Positions 51,589 through 64,000 are shown, counted from the first letter of the stretch. The stretch is 64,000 nucleotides of DNA from Eledone cirrhosa (GCA_964016885.1 OZ024758.1:15624001-15688000); one strand, 5' to 3'. Notes: generated by a model from the sequence alone, not told the origin. Numbers and translations are program-made.

Positions 51589-54500
51589 GGTCCTCTGATG
51601 GGGACAGATGGCCTCAACATCAAGCCACCAAACCGCCATTTCTTCATTAAGGACCTAATATCCGGAAGAGGTTTCCTCGTGGATACAGGAGCCTCCTGTA
51701 GTCTTGCCGGTCCATTGCCTGAAAGATACCCCCATAGAGTCATCTGTTACGCTGCAGGCAGTTAACCACTCGTCTATAAAGACGTACGGGCAAATCTCGC
51801 TCCCTCTTAAATTCCTAAATCTTCGAAGGGATTTTAAGTGGATTTTTACGGTTGCCGATTTGCCATATCCCATCTTAGGAGCGGATTTCCTCCACAACTT
51901 CTCTTTAACTGTGGACGTCCGTGGCCAACGCCTGGTGGATAACATCACCGGCTTTTCAATTCATGGCCAGGAAGCCAATGCCCCAATAGTCAGCTCCGTG
52001 TTCTTTATCGCTGCCGCTGGTGACGCTTACCATGCGTTACTGGGTTCTTTCCCGGAGCTCACGGATGGAAATTTTCGAGTCACTGACCCAACACACTCGA
52101 CCGAGCATTTCGTTTCCACCACCGGTGCCCCAGTGTTTTCGCGTCCACGCCGCTTATCGACGGAAAAATTAAAGGCAGCACGGTCCGAGTTCGACCATAT
52201 GCTGTAGCTGGGCATTATTCGCCCATCTACGAGTCCTTGGGCTTCACCGTGACACATGGTGCCCAAGACTTCCGGCGACTGGAGACCCACGGGGGATTAT
52301 AGGAGGTTAAATGCCATGACCGTCCCGGATAGGTATCCCATTCCCCATCTCCACGATTTTGCATCTTCACTGCAGGGGTGTAAGATTTTTTCTAAGTTAG
52401 ATTTAGTGCGAGCCTACCACCAAATTCCGGTCAGGAAGGAGGATATTCCGAAAACTGCGATTACAACCCCTTTCGGATCATTCGAATTTTTGACCATGCC
52501 TTTCGGACTCAGGAACGCCGCTAACACTTTTCAGCGGTTCATAGACGAGGTCACGCGTGGTCTGGACTTCGTCTATGCTTACATAGACGATATTCTCGTC
52601 GCTAGTTCCTCTCCGGAAGAGCATATGCGCCACATGCTTCTCTTACTTCGGCGACTTCAGGATTACCGCGTTCGCGTGAATCCTGCAAAGTGTGTTTTCG
52701 GTTCCACTTCCCTACATTTTTTAGGCCACCTCATCGACGCCGAAGGTATTAGGCCGCTCCCTCAGCGAGTTCAAGCCATACAGGAGTTACCTCCGCCTAC
52801 TACACTTCACCAGTTGCGTCACTTCTTAGGCCTAATCAATTTCTATAGGCGTTTCATTCCTCATTGTGCTAATTGGCTATCTTCCCTTACTGACATTTTA
52901 AAAAATCGTCGTAAGAAGAATGAAGACATTTCCTTGACACAAGGACAGCTTCAGGACTTCCAGTCTGCCAAGACAGCCCTCGCTAGTTCTTCTTTGCTAG
53001 CCCACCCGGTACCAGAGGCCAAGCTTTCGCTTTGTGTTGATGCATCTGATACCGCTGTGGGAGCAGTCTTACGTTGAAAACCAACAACCTTTGGCATTTT
53101 TCTCGAGGAAGTTGAAACCAGCAGAAATGCGTTATAGCACGTTTGGGCGGGAATTATTAGCCATATATCTGTTGTCGGTGAAACATTTCTCCCATATCCT
53201 TGAGGGGAGAAATTTTACGGTTTTTACCGACCACAAACCGTTGACCTTCATTTTGAGGGCCAAAGCCGACAGATATTCGCCCAGAGAAACAAGGCACCTG
53301 GACTACGTTTCACAATTTACAAACGATATACAGCACATTGCCGGCTCGCACAACATAGTTGCAGACGCATTATCACGTTTGCCAATTAGCTCCATCTCGT
53401 CATCCCAGGATATCGACTTAGGTCGTTTAGCTGCAGACCAACCTGCACTCCAATCGTTGGACACTCTTTCTACTGAATTTGCGACTTGCATATTCAAATA
53501 TCTGCCCTTGTCCACCACCGACAGGCAGATTCTTTGTGATGTATCCACTGATGCACCACGACCACTTGTTCCTGAGACTCACCGTCGAATTGTGTTCCTG
53601 GTTCTGCACAACATTTCTCATCCAGGATCTGCTGCCACAGTTAAACTCATAACAGCCAGATTCTTCTGGCCTAATATGAGGCGCGACATTGCTGCTTGGT
53701 GCCGTTCCTGTATCGCTTGCCAGAAATCGAAGATCCATAGACACATGCGGACTCCACTGGGTACTTTCACCACTCCAGATGCTCGGTTCCAACACATCCA
53801 CATTGACATCGTTGGACCTTGGCCATTCAGCAGTGGATATTCCTACATATTGACGTGTGTCGATCGTTTTTCGCGATGGCCTGAAGCCATCCCTTTACAA
53901 GACATGACTGCTGAGACTGTAGCACGTGCCCTGGTATCAGGGTGGATTACCCGCTTTGGGGTACCAACTACACTCACCACAGACCGCGGTAGACAATTCG
54001 AGTCCCATCTCTTCTCCGAGCTCACCAAAATAATTGGAGCTCAACGGATTCGGACCACAGCCTATCATCCTGCTTCAAATGGAATGGTGGAACGATTCCA
54101 CCGCCAATTAAAGGCCGCTCTTCGCGCCTATCCAGACTCTCAACGTTGGAGCGAGTACCTTCCTATTGTGTTATTAGGAATTCGGTCATCAATAAAGGAG
54201 GACCTTGGGTTCTCCCCGGCCGAATTAATTTACGGTGCTCCTCTAGCGTTGCCTGGGCAAATGCTTGCCCCTGTTGATCTTGCTTTCCTACGTATCCCGT
54301 CTGCGTTCTTATTTACAGGACCTGCCGCCGATGGATACGAGGAAGAAAACTGTAAAACCTGCGGTCCCGAGGGACATTGCCTCGTGGACCCATTTGTTCG
54401 TAAGGAACGATGCTGTGAGACCACTCCTCACACAACCATACTCTGGACCCTACCGTGTGTTAGCACGCACTGACAAACATTTCACTGTAGACGTTAAGGG

Positions 54501-54702
54501 GTCCAGAGAGACAATTTCGGTGGATAGACTGAAAAGGGCACACAATGACGCTCATACACCCGAGCCACAAATACCCCAATCTTTCTCTCTTGTGCATACA
54601 CCTGCTCCTCCTGCCCCACCTTCACCTACATACAAGACTACGACCCGTTCCGGTCGGAGAGTCCACTGGCCCAAAAAGTTCTGCCAAACTATTTTTATGT
54701 GA
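51589..54702 (+). pseudogene. pol: Gypsy pol (protease, RT, RNase H, integrase), disrupted
   Basis: FLVDTGAS, ILGADFL, YIDD, DASD/TDHKPL/ADALSR, HHCC, D-D-E, GPY; stops near 52205 and 52250, frameshifts near 51705, 53075, 54280. Confidence 0.94.
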
Positions 54703-54740
54703 ACTGGCCATTGGAGCCTTATATATATATATATATATAT

Positions 54741-56942
54741 ATAGAAAGATTTGAATGGATACAGTTTAGTTGAAAGGAATTTATTGACACGTGTTTCTAT
54801 AACAGTTACATAACCTAAAACAGCTATCTACAAACTTTTAGTTATGCAGACATTCAATATTTCAATGTTATTATTTACTGTCATTTCATCAGAATAATAT
54901 TACTGAGGACCTATTTAGTTTTTATAGAGAATATTAGGAGGGAGGGGTGAAGTTGTTAGAAGAATAGTTGAAGGAGTGGTTTTTCGGTGGCAGTGAGTAA
55001 TTAGATTCCCATCTGTTGTTTTGACATTTTTTATAGAATATATTATTGGTTATTTTTCTAAATCTATAGAAGGATTAGAGATAGTAAAGATATGCGTGGT
55101 TGGTTTTGTGTTTGCACTTAATTAACATTCAGACTTAAATTTTTCTTTCAAGTGTACGTATCCTTTCACCCACGCATTCACACATAAAAAAGATCAATAC
55201 TAGAAGGTTAAACGAAAACACTAAGAACTTAAGTACAAAGAACACAAAAAAAAACAGTAGACAATACACTACAGAACATAAATAAACCACACCTAAGTTC
55301 GTCCGCAATACTACTCCAGAGAAAACCCAACGTACACAACTGTAACTGCACCTATCCTGACAACTGCCCCCTCGGCAATAACTGCCTGGAAAAAAATATT
55401 ATTTATAAGTGTACCATTAAATCCGGAGGCAACGAGTGGTATTACGTGGGATCAACGGCAACATCGTTTAAATCTCGATTGTATAGGCATTCTTACTCAA
55501 TAAAACACCAGAGCCAAAGAAATGTAACAACTTTAGCAGAAAAAGCTTGAACGCTCAGGGATAGCGACCAAAAGTTTACCCTAAAATGGGAAAAATTAGC
55601 TAAAACCCAAAGCTTTTCCAGGAGCCAAAATTTCTGCAAATTGTGTAATCTTGAGATTTATTACATAATCACACACAAGAAGAAACTGCTGAATAACAGA
55701 ATTGAACGAACATTATTCTGCCGTCACAGAACTAAAACCCTTTTTTCCCACTACAAGCCGAATATTACATAAAAGAGGGACATCCCCCAACTATATAAAC
55801 CTTAATCTAGTTAGAAAAATATAAAAACAATCTCTTCTCAACATATATTAATAACCTTAAATTACCATACTAATAATGAAAAGATATGCTGATGAGAATA
55901 GGTACAAATATGCGATAATGAATGTGTCTAAAAACGTCCATAAGTATGTATATATATGTGAACATGTATATAAATAAGTAAATATATATATGTTTGATGT
56001 GTATAGTTAGATGTAAGTGTATTCATGTATTAAAGTGCTTATATATATATATGTATGTATATGTGTGTATATGTATGTGTATGTATATATGTATGTGTAT
56101 GTATATATGTATGTATATATATATATATATATATGTATATGTATATATATATGTGTATATGGATGTGTATGTGTGTACACATGGACTAGAGTATGTATGT
56201 ATATATGAGTGTGTCTATACGTGTGTATATAAAGATAAGTTGAGTATGAAAATGTATACACATGAGCGCGTATGTATGTATATGAATACATGTGTGTATG
56301 TATATGTGTATGCATGTGTATATATATGTAAGTATGAATATGTGAATTGTGAGTATATGTATTTTGTAGAGGTGTCCAAATATATTTGTGTGTGAATGCG
56401 TGGGTGAAAGGATACGTACACTTGAAAGAAAAATTTAAGTCTGAATGTTAATTAAGTGCAAACACAAAACCAACCACGCATATCTTTACTATCTCTAATC
56501 CTTCTATAGATTTAGAAAAATAACCAATAATATATTCTATAAAAAATGTCAAAACAACAGATGGGAATCTAATTACTCACTGCTATCGAAAAACCACTCC
56601 TTCAACTATTCTTCTAACAACTTCACCCCTCCCTCCTAATATTCTCTATAAAAACTAAATAGGTCCTCAGTAATATTATTCTGATGAAATGACAGTAAAT
56701 AATAACATTGAAATATTGAATGTCTGCATAACTAAAAGTTTGTAGATAGCTGTTTTAGGTTATGTAACTGTTATAGAAACACGTGTCAATAAATTCCTTT
56801 CAACTAAACTGTATCCATTCAAATCTTTCTATTTTTCTCCGGATTACTTTTGGAACTACAACTGGAACCGTCGAGCAAACTCTACGTGAGCTGATAATCT
56901 ACTGTGTGTAATATTTATATTACAACACAACGGAAAATACTG
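54741..56942 (+). mobile_element. 5'-truncated Penelope-like retroelement with inverted pLTR, nested in the Gypsy 3' region
   Basis: 444-bp inverted arms 54741-55184 / 56389-56832, GIY-YIG remnant, hammerhead-like motifs, (TA)n on both sides. Confidence 0.85.
55341..55772 (+). pseudogene. GIY-YIG endonuclease of a Penelope-like element (Naiad-like Cys pattern); not in ORF track
   Basis: CNCTYPDNCPLGNNCLEKNIIYKC..YYVGSTATSFKSRLYRH..W..CKLCNLE..LLN.R.E...CRH; in-frame TGA at 55548-55550. Confidence 0.87.
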
Positions 56943-57507
56943 TATATATATATATATATTTGCTGTTCTTGTTATTTATTGATTTATTGTATTGCAATGT
57001 ACCTCTCATTACCATTTCACTGGATGTATATATATGTTTTTCGTTTCCTTTACAACGAACATTTTAAGCTATATTCTTCTATTTGCCGGTTTATAAATTT
57101 ACCGTTGATAACCGCGCATTTATTAAGAATGCTTATTTCTCTGGTCGCTGGCCTCTTGACCCTTCCAGGTCAACGCATTCACAACAACACAGCTTCATCA
57201 ACAACTAAAACCAGCAGAACAAGCCAGACAATTTATTTCTGCAGCACTGCCTGTGAGAAATTCCCTTCGGAAGTTGGACATTTCATGTTATACCACAGAC
57301 CAGAAACCACCTGCATTCATTATCTGGAACACATTCTTTACTGTACTGCTGTCATGTGACTGCACACATGTTAACTGTATTTTAGATATTTGAACCTTTG
57401 ACCTCTTCTCTTACTTCCATTACTCTGTACCATAGTTTTCATGCCTCTTACATGCTCGCCATCTTACTCCATGCATGCTTCTTTCGATTTTTATATTTTA
57501 AAAATCT

Positions 57508-57520
57508 GGCGGGGGGATAA
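57508..57520 (+). promoter_or_regulatory. Polypurine tract
   Basis: ggcggggggataa directly before the 3' LTR. Confidence 0.8.
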
Positions 57521-57953
57521 TGCAGTAAGAGTTGCCTCCCCTGCCATGACAATCTCATCACTGCTCTCTAGACAGGAAGTAGGTGGAGTTGCTTCCCTTT
57601 GGGATTGACCAGACTCCCTGGTGGTCACTTCCGGTCAACAGATATAAAAGGAGCGGTTTACCACGAGATCTCTCTCTCGCCTCCTGATTCTTGAAGTGGT
57701 AACACCTTCGACCATAGCTTGTGATTCCTTCTTGACGACCCTTTCGTTACAAAGCACAATGCAGCTTGCAGCCTGAGATGAGAGCCTAAGATGTTTCTAC
57801 CAACTTTAGCCATGTATTATGACCATCGGGTAACAAACCCTTATATTTAATGCCTTTTGAATTCCATGAAGTAAAAACTTTATTACCACACACACACACC
57901 GGTATTTACTGTCTTTTATATTGTTGCATGTACACCGATATTTAGTTCCTAAA
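57521..57953 (+). repeat. 3' LTR (433 bp)
   Basis: Direct repeat of 49896-50330. Confidence 0.95.
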
Positions 57954-58697
57954 TATATATATATATATATATATATTATTTGATAAAGATATGAAGCAAA
58001 AGCGGTAAGAAACTCCCAAGAGAGCTGAACAGCAGAAGGCATTCAGAGGAAACCTGCTCAAGCGAATGTTTCCGCCCTTAACATAAATATTTCACATGAA
58101 AATATAGAATCAAAACAAAAGGAAATATAAAGTCAACATTAAGGTCTGTTAATCGGTCACACCAAGACAAAGTGTACCGGAGGACCCCTTTAATATTTTT
58201 TGAGGCAAGCCAACACATTGGCAACGTTACCACAGGTGATAACGGGTTATTAAATACAGTAGAATTTGTTAAATTTGGGTGGGGGGTCGTGTCCTAATAT
58301 TGGTTTCTACTTTAGGCACAAGGCCAGCAATTTGAAGGGGAGGGGAGAGTCGATTAAATCGACCCCAGTGCGTTACTGGTACTTTATTTTATCGACCTCG
58401 TAAGGATGAAAGGCAAAGCTAACTTCGACGGGAGGTGGGGGGCGTTCGTATTGTCCCAATATTATCAAAAAAATATAGTAAAACACATTCAATGTTTGAT
58501 TTGGTTTTCACGTAACAGAAAACTGTTTGGAATTTGTTAGACTGACCATAAATACAATGAAATAGAAATGAAACACTTCCTGGACATGCGAGAAGCACGT
58601 TAGAGTGGCGCCATAAGAGAACAGAAGCATTTGAGGGGGTATATAGTTGTAGATTCTGTTAAAAGGATACTTACATATCTTTATTAAATAATATATA

Positions 58698-60144
58698 TCT
58701 ATATATCTAAAACAAAGAATGTCTGCCTGTCTGTCAGCTCCCTAAAACTCGAGAACCACCCAACCGATTGTTTTCAAACTTTACACATGTAATACTTATG
58801 GTCCTGTGCGTATTTTGAGAAGAAAAAAGATTTCAAATTTCCAATGCCCTAGGGACCGCATTAGGCGATTTGGCGATCTCTATCTTTTTAGATAGATAAA
58901 TAGATAATAATTGTTTCTACTTTAGGCACAAGGCCAGCAATTACTCAGTACATTACTGGTACTTTATAAGATAGATACATAATAATATCTGTCTGTCTAT
59001 GTCTGGTTGTCCTGCATTATGACACTGTGAGGGCGGTGAATTGGCAGTATCGGTAGAGGGTCGGACGCCATGCTTTCCAGCATAGTTACGTCCCTTTACG
59101 ATCTGAGTTCAAATCCCGCCGAGGTTGACTTTGCCTTTCATCCTTACGGGGTCGATAAAATAAAGTACCAGTAATGCACTGGGTAATTGCTGGCCTTGTG
59201 CCTAAAGTAGAAACAATTATGACGCTGTGTGTGTGTTTGTGTATATATAGTGTGTAGGCATACGTCAAGACGGGCAGTCTGGAAAGTGAAAGTAAATTTT
59301 GACACTGAATTTGTTTGTTTTGTTTTTTTTACAAGTCTCAATAGTGAAAGTTACGATACAAGCAATTGTATGGATTTCTTAATATATATATATGCGTGGG
59401 CGTGGGTGTGTATTTGTTTGTTTATTTACAACAGGTCTCTATAGTGATATGGTGTTAATTAGTATTGCGTGTGCGATTTTTTTTTTTTTTTTTTTTTTTT
59501 TTGTGTGTACGGAAATTTTTTTTTTAAATAATGACATTGTGTGTTTTTAAATAATGACATAAATAACTACATAGACGTTTGTTGCATATAAAATATAAAT
59601 TGACGTACCTTATGAAAATCCTTATTACACCGTATAAATAGCTGAAATACAGTTGATCATCTCGCCAAACTTGGTGACCCGACCTTAATTTCTTTGGGGA
59701 CAGAGAGTTGGCGCAACCAACAATTTTGGCGAGATGTACAAACACAAATATATACGTCTAAACCCATGCTTGCGTGGAAGATAGACGTTAAACGATGATG
59801 ATGACACAAACACATATATATATATATACATACAGACACACATATATATACACACCCACACATATATATATATATTAAGAAATCCATACAATTGCGTGTG
59901 TATCGTAACTTTCATTATTGAGACCTGTTGTAAAAAAAAAAAAAAATTCACAGTGTTGTCAAAAATTACTTTCACTTTCCTGACCGCCCGTCTTGACGTA
60001 TGCCGTGTGTGTATATATATATATATATAGTGTGTAACGTTTTTTGAAATATTTACTTCTGCGTTCACAGATCGATTTTTTTAGTTTCAGAAGATCCCGT
60101 TAAGGGTGAAGGCAGCGATTCTTTGCTTAAACTTTAATCTGTTA

Positions 60145-60175
<31 letters not shown>

Positions 60176-60316
60176 TCGTGTGTAAATATTTTTGCATACA
60201 CAATAACAAAATATAAACAAACCTATTTATTTCACGAGGCTCGATAAGGATTAATATATATCAAATATATAAGAAACCTAGAGCAAATCCCGAGCAACGC
60301 CGGGCAATTCTGCTAG
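58698..60316 (+). mobile_element. Non-autonomous Helitron with nested SINE and internal inverted repeat
   Basis: A|TCTATATATC start; cccg-agcaacgc-cggg hairpin then CTAG|T. Pairing of the two ends is inferred. Confidence 0.68.
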
Positions 60317-61129
60317 TCTTAACTATAAGAAAGGAGTGCGGGACTGCGTCCAGAATATTTTTTTTTTATCCTGTTTGTAAAATAAGTTGGATTACTTTGA
60401 ATAAATAATGAATGAATATTACATAATTTATCTACTAAATTTCATAATTCTTTATTAGATATAAATAATTTTGTTGCTTATTTTAAGATTCACTTCTTTA
60501 AAATGTTCAAATGTCAGCACTTCCGGTTAGCGATCGCTTATATAAACATTCATATATTTCCGTCACTAATTTTTTTCTAATGCAGTTTATATATAATATC
60601 GTATTTTTTTAATGTATCATGGATTACGTTACTGATTACAGAAGACAGTCTAACACAGATTCTCTTCAATTTCTGTGGATATTGTCAATTACGATTTCAT
60701 TTGATGTATCATATCTACATGTATATATATTTGCGTATAATATCTATATACACACTACACATGCTAGCAGAAAACCACCCATTTTTCTGCTAGTATACAT
60801 AAATAATATTACAAATTGCTCACAATTCTTTCCGAATAACATTACAAATAACTGTTTCTACTTTTGGCACAAGGCCAGCAATTACCCAGTACATTACTGG
60901 TACTTTATTTTATCGACCCCGTAAGGATGAAAGGCAAAGTTAACCTCGGCGCGATTTGAACTCAGAATGGCAAGGGGCGTAACTCTATGCGTCAGAGCAT
61001 AGTGTCCGACCCTCTACCGATACAAATAACGTTAAAAAAATCATGAGAGGTTTCCCAGTGCTCCTCGCGTTATTGTTATCTTTTGCTCTAGTAGCGGCTC
61101 GCTTGTCCACCCCTTTCGCCTGCCTTTTG

Positions 61130-62090
61130 TTGTATGTAGTTCTAGATATATGTATTACCTGCTTGTGTGTTGTATGTGGTCCTAGATGTATGTATTACCT
61201 GTTTGTGTGTTGTATGTGGTCCTAGATGTATGTATTACCAGATTGTGTGTTGTATGTGGTCCTAGATGTATGTATTACCAGCTTGTGTGTTGTATGTGGT
61301 CCTAGGTGTATGTATTACCTGCTTGTGTGTTGTATGTGGTCCTAGATGTATGTATTACCAGCTTGTGTGTTGTATGTGGTCCTAGATGTATGTATTACCA
61401 GCTTGTGTGTTGTATGTGGTCCTAGATGTGTGTATTACCTGCTTGTGTGTTGTATGTGGTCCTAGATGTATGTATTACCTGCTTGTGTGTTGTATGTGGT
61501 CCTAGGTGTATGTATTACCTGCTTGTGTGTTGTATGTGGTCCTAGATGTATGTATTACCTGCTTGTGTGTTGTATGTGGTCCTAGGTGTATGTATTACCT
61601 GCTTGTGTGTTGTATGTGGTCCTAGGTGTATGTATTACCTGCTTGTGTGTTGTATGTGGTCCTAGATGTGTGTATTACCTGCTTGTGTGTTGTATGTGGT
61701 CCTAGGTGTATGTATTACCTGCTTGTGTGTTGTATGTGGTCCTACATGTGTGTATTACCTGCTTGTGTGTTGTATGTGGTCCTACATGTGTGTATTACCT
61801 GCTTGTGTGTTGTATGTGGTCCTACATGTGTGTATTACCTGCTTGTGTGTTGTATGTGGTCCTACATGTGTGTATTACCTGCTTGTGTGTTGTATGTGGT
61901 CCTACATGTGTGTATTACTTGCTTGTATGTTGTATGTGATCTTAGATGTGTGTATTACCTGCTTGTGTGTTGTATGTGGTCCTACATGTGTGTATTACTT
62001 GCTTGTGTGTAGTATGTGATCTTAGATGTGTGTTGTATGTGATCTTAGATGTATGTATTACCTGCTTGTGGTCCTAGATATGTGTATTAT
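61130..62090. repeat. 40-bp minisatellite
   Basis: Unit tagatgtatgtattacctgcttgtgtgttgtatgtggtcc. Confidence 0.96.
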
Positions 62091-62682
62091 TATATAGGGC
62101 GGTGGATTGGCAGTATCGGTAGAAGGTCGGACGCCATGTTTTGCAGCAAAGAGTTACGACCCTTTGTGGTCTGAGTTCAAATCCCGCCGAGGTCAACTTT
62201 GCCTTTCATCCTTACGGGGTCTATAAAAATAAGGTACCAGTAATACACTGAGATAATTGCTGGCCTTGTGCCAAAAGTAGAAACAATTATATTTTTTTTT
62301 AATATAACTGTGAATAAATAGAAACAATTATATTATACTTTTTATATAACTGTGAATAAAATTATCTTTAAGAAGATACACCAACGTTAATGCTGTGAAA
62401 TAAAGCTGATAAAATCTTTGAAACATGTTGATATGTACGTGTGTGTTTATATAAATATATATATTGAATTTTATTCACAGTTGTATAAATAACGGTACAA
62501 ATGGGAGTGAAAATATAAACACGTATGATATATACAAAGCATATAAATAAATTTACAGTAGAATAACATAAATAAGTTTTAAATATATACATAAATAACA
62601 TTTCATTATAAATTGCTCGCGATTCTTTCAACACAAATATAACCAACCATGGCCGGGAACCTCACAAAAACATATGACCAGA

Positions 62683-62897
62683 CTTCCAGTCTGTGGTTTT
62701 CAAGACGTTTGGGGGAGTCGGGCCGCTGACTGCGAGTTTCCTCTTCATTGGCGGCTCGCCTAATAGAGGTAACAGGCGAATCTCGCGAGGGTGCTTGGTT
62801 GTTCCAGCGCATCGGCGTCGCCATCACCCGAGGCAACGCTGCGAGTGTGCTGGCTTGCCTCAAAAATCATAAGAGAGGTTGCCCAGTACTCTTCACG
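62683..62897 (+). mobile_element. CRE-like non-LTR retrotransposon 3' fragment
   Basis: Inverted homolog of 63525-63745. Confidence 0.8.
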
Positions 62898-63191
62898 GTC
62901 TTGGTGTTTGCTGGGTGAAGAAGAGCCAATAAATCGCAGTAGAAGGAAGACGCAATAGAGGAAGTCCACGAAAAGCATGGGCGGAGGTGGTGAGAGCAGA
63001 CCTTAGATCGCTGAAACTCACCGAGGAGATGACGAAGGACCGTGACAAGTGGAGAGATGCTGGGCTGAATAGGAATCGTCCAACCCTTGCAAGCAGGGAA
63101 AAGCGGACGTATGATGATGATGATGATTGCAACATTAAAGGAATATATCCTTCTGAAAGATTCGCGAGCAATTTATAATGTTATTTAAGTA

Positions 63192-63427
63192 CTAGCCGAA
63201 TTACCTGCGTTTCACACATTTTTTTTTTTTGTAAGAAAATGATGATTGATTATAAATCGAAGGGAAAAAAACTTCAGCAGGGGTTTGATTAAAATGAAAT
63301 ATACTTATCCAAGTACCCTGGGCAATGTAGTTTCAGAATATATATGGTTATGGGGTCTATCTCCAAAACCATAGGAGGAGTTCGTGAACAAACAAACGGA
63401 CAGGAACTACAACTTTATATATATAGA
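63192..63427 (-). mobile_element. Short deleted Helitron related to 20503-21699
   Basis: Shares ctagccgaattacc end and internal blocks. Confidence 0.72.
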
Positions 63428-63479
63428 TTTGTAATGTTATTGAAAGATATATTCTTTTAATATTAAAGAAAATGTAAAG

Positions 63480-64000
63480 GAAGGGGTGAACAACCGAGCC
63501 AACACCAGAGCAAAATACAGCAACGTCGCGAAGAGTACAGGGCAACCTCTCTCATGACTTTTGAGGCAAGCCAGCACACTCGCAGCGTTGCCTCAGGTGA
63601 TGGCGAGGCTGATGCGCTGAAACAGCCAAGCGCCCTCGCGAGATTCGCCAGTTACCTCTATTAGGCGAGCCGCCAGTGAAGAGAGGAACCTCGCAGTCAG
63701 CGGCCCGACTCCCCCAAACGTCTCGAAAGCCACAGGCTGAAAAATGTAGCTAGCCGACAGATCAGAGTATTTGAGGGTGTTATTCCGCTCGGCTGCGGAA
63801 GCTGTGGCTCTCGTCCTAACCGCAGCATCCAGGATGTGGGAAAAAGGAAAAGAGTCACTAACAGTAACGTCCCAGACAAGGCACCTGCCTCTGAACCAGA
63901 GGCACAGGGTAAGGCCGTCAGGTCTTTTGCCGTCACTTCTGGACAACCCAGATGGTTCCAAGACTGAAGGGATATTCGCCCGGGCCAAAGCTCTCTTCAG
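63480..64000 (-). mobile_element. CRE-clade non-LTR retrotransposon, restriction-like endonuclease region and 3' UTR
   Basis: EP.GL.R.DGKRPDG..WDVTV..KY..F.PVAFETFG..FQRISLAI.*GNAASV; runs off the window edge. Confidence 0.85.

Larger units (their letters stand above)
49896..57953 (+). mobile_element. Ty3/Gypsy LTR retrotransposon, defective, inserted in (TA)n
   Basis: Paired LTRs, PBS, PPT, gag and PR-RT-RH-IN domain order. Confidence 0.96.

Noticed and set aside
54741-56832. DNA transposon with 444-bp TIRs
   Set aside because: GIY-YIG remnant, one-sided extension and hammerhead-like motifs fit an inverted Penelope pLTR better; no transposase
56904-57359. 151-aa ORF before the 3' LTR as env-like
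   Set aside because: GTG start, crosses a TA microsatellite and an element boundary, no recognisable motifs
58547-58587. Possible PM20D1-like exon 1 (MSRKCFISISLYL, minus strand)
   Set aside because: Too short, phase unsupported and no linking exon 2 found

Overview
Repeat-dense eukaryotic genomic DNA. The SINE families and microsatellite load suggest an octopod cephalopod; this is an inference. Two spliced genes converge tail-to-tail. A RENBP / N-acylglucosamine 2-epimerase gene on + has six exons (7137-25617); its 5' exons were not found in the window. A PM20D1-like M20 peptidase gene on - has ten exons (47189-28450); exons 1-2 were not located. The PM20D1-like frame and splice sites are intact, but a Zn-ligand Asp is Ser, the catalytic Glu is Lys and a substrate-binding Arg is Asn, so it is a candidate pseudoenzyme. 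The rest is transposon-derived: a near full-length Ty3/Gypsy element (49896-57953) holding a nested Penelope-like GIY-YIG element with 444-bp inverted arms; small Penelope-like foldbacks with hammerhead ribozyme motifs beside (TA)n tracts; a mariner with ~100-bp inverted ends; Helitrons; hAT, TTAA and TA MITEs; CR1, RTE and CRE LINE fragments; three tRNA-derived SINE families; and many minisatellites, four of them grown from one 48-bp SINE-internal unit. All comparisons were made by eye.
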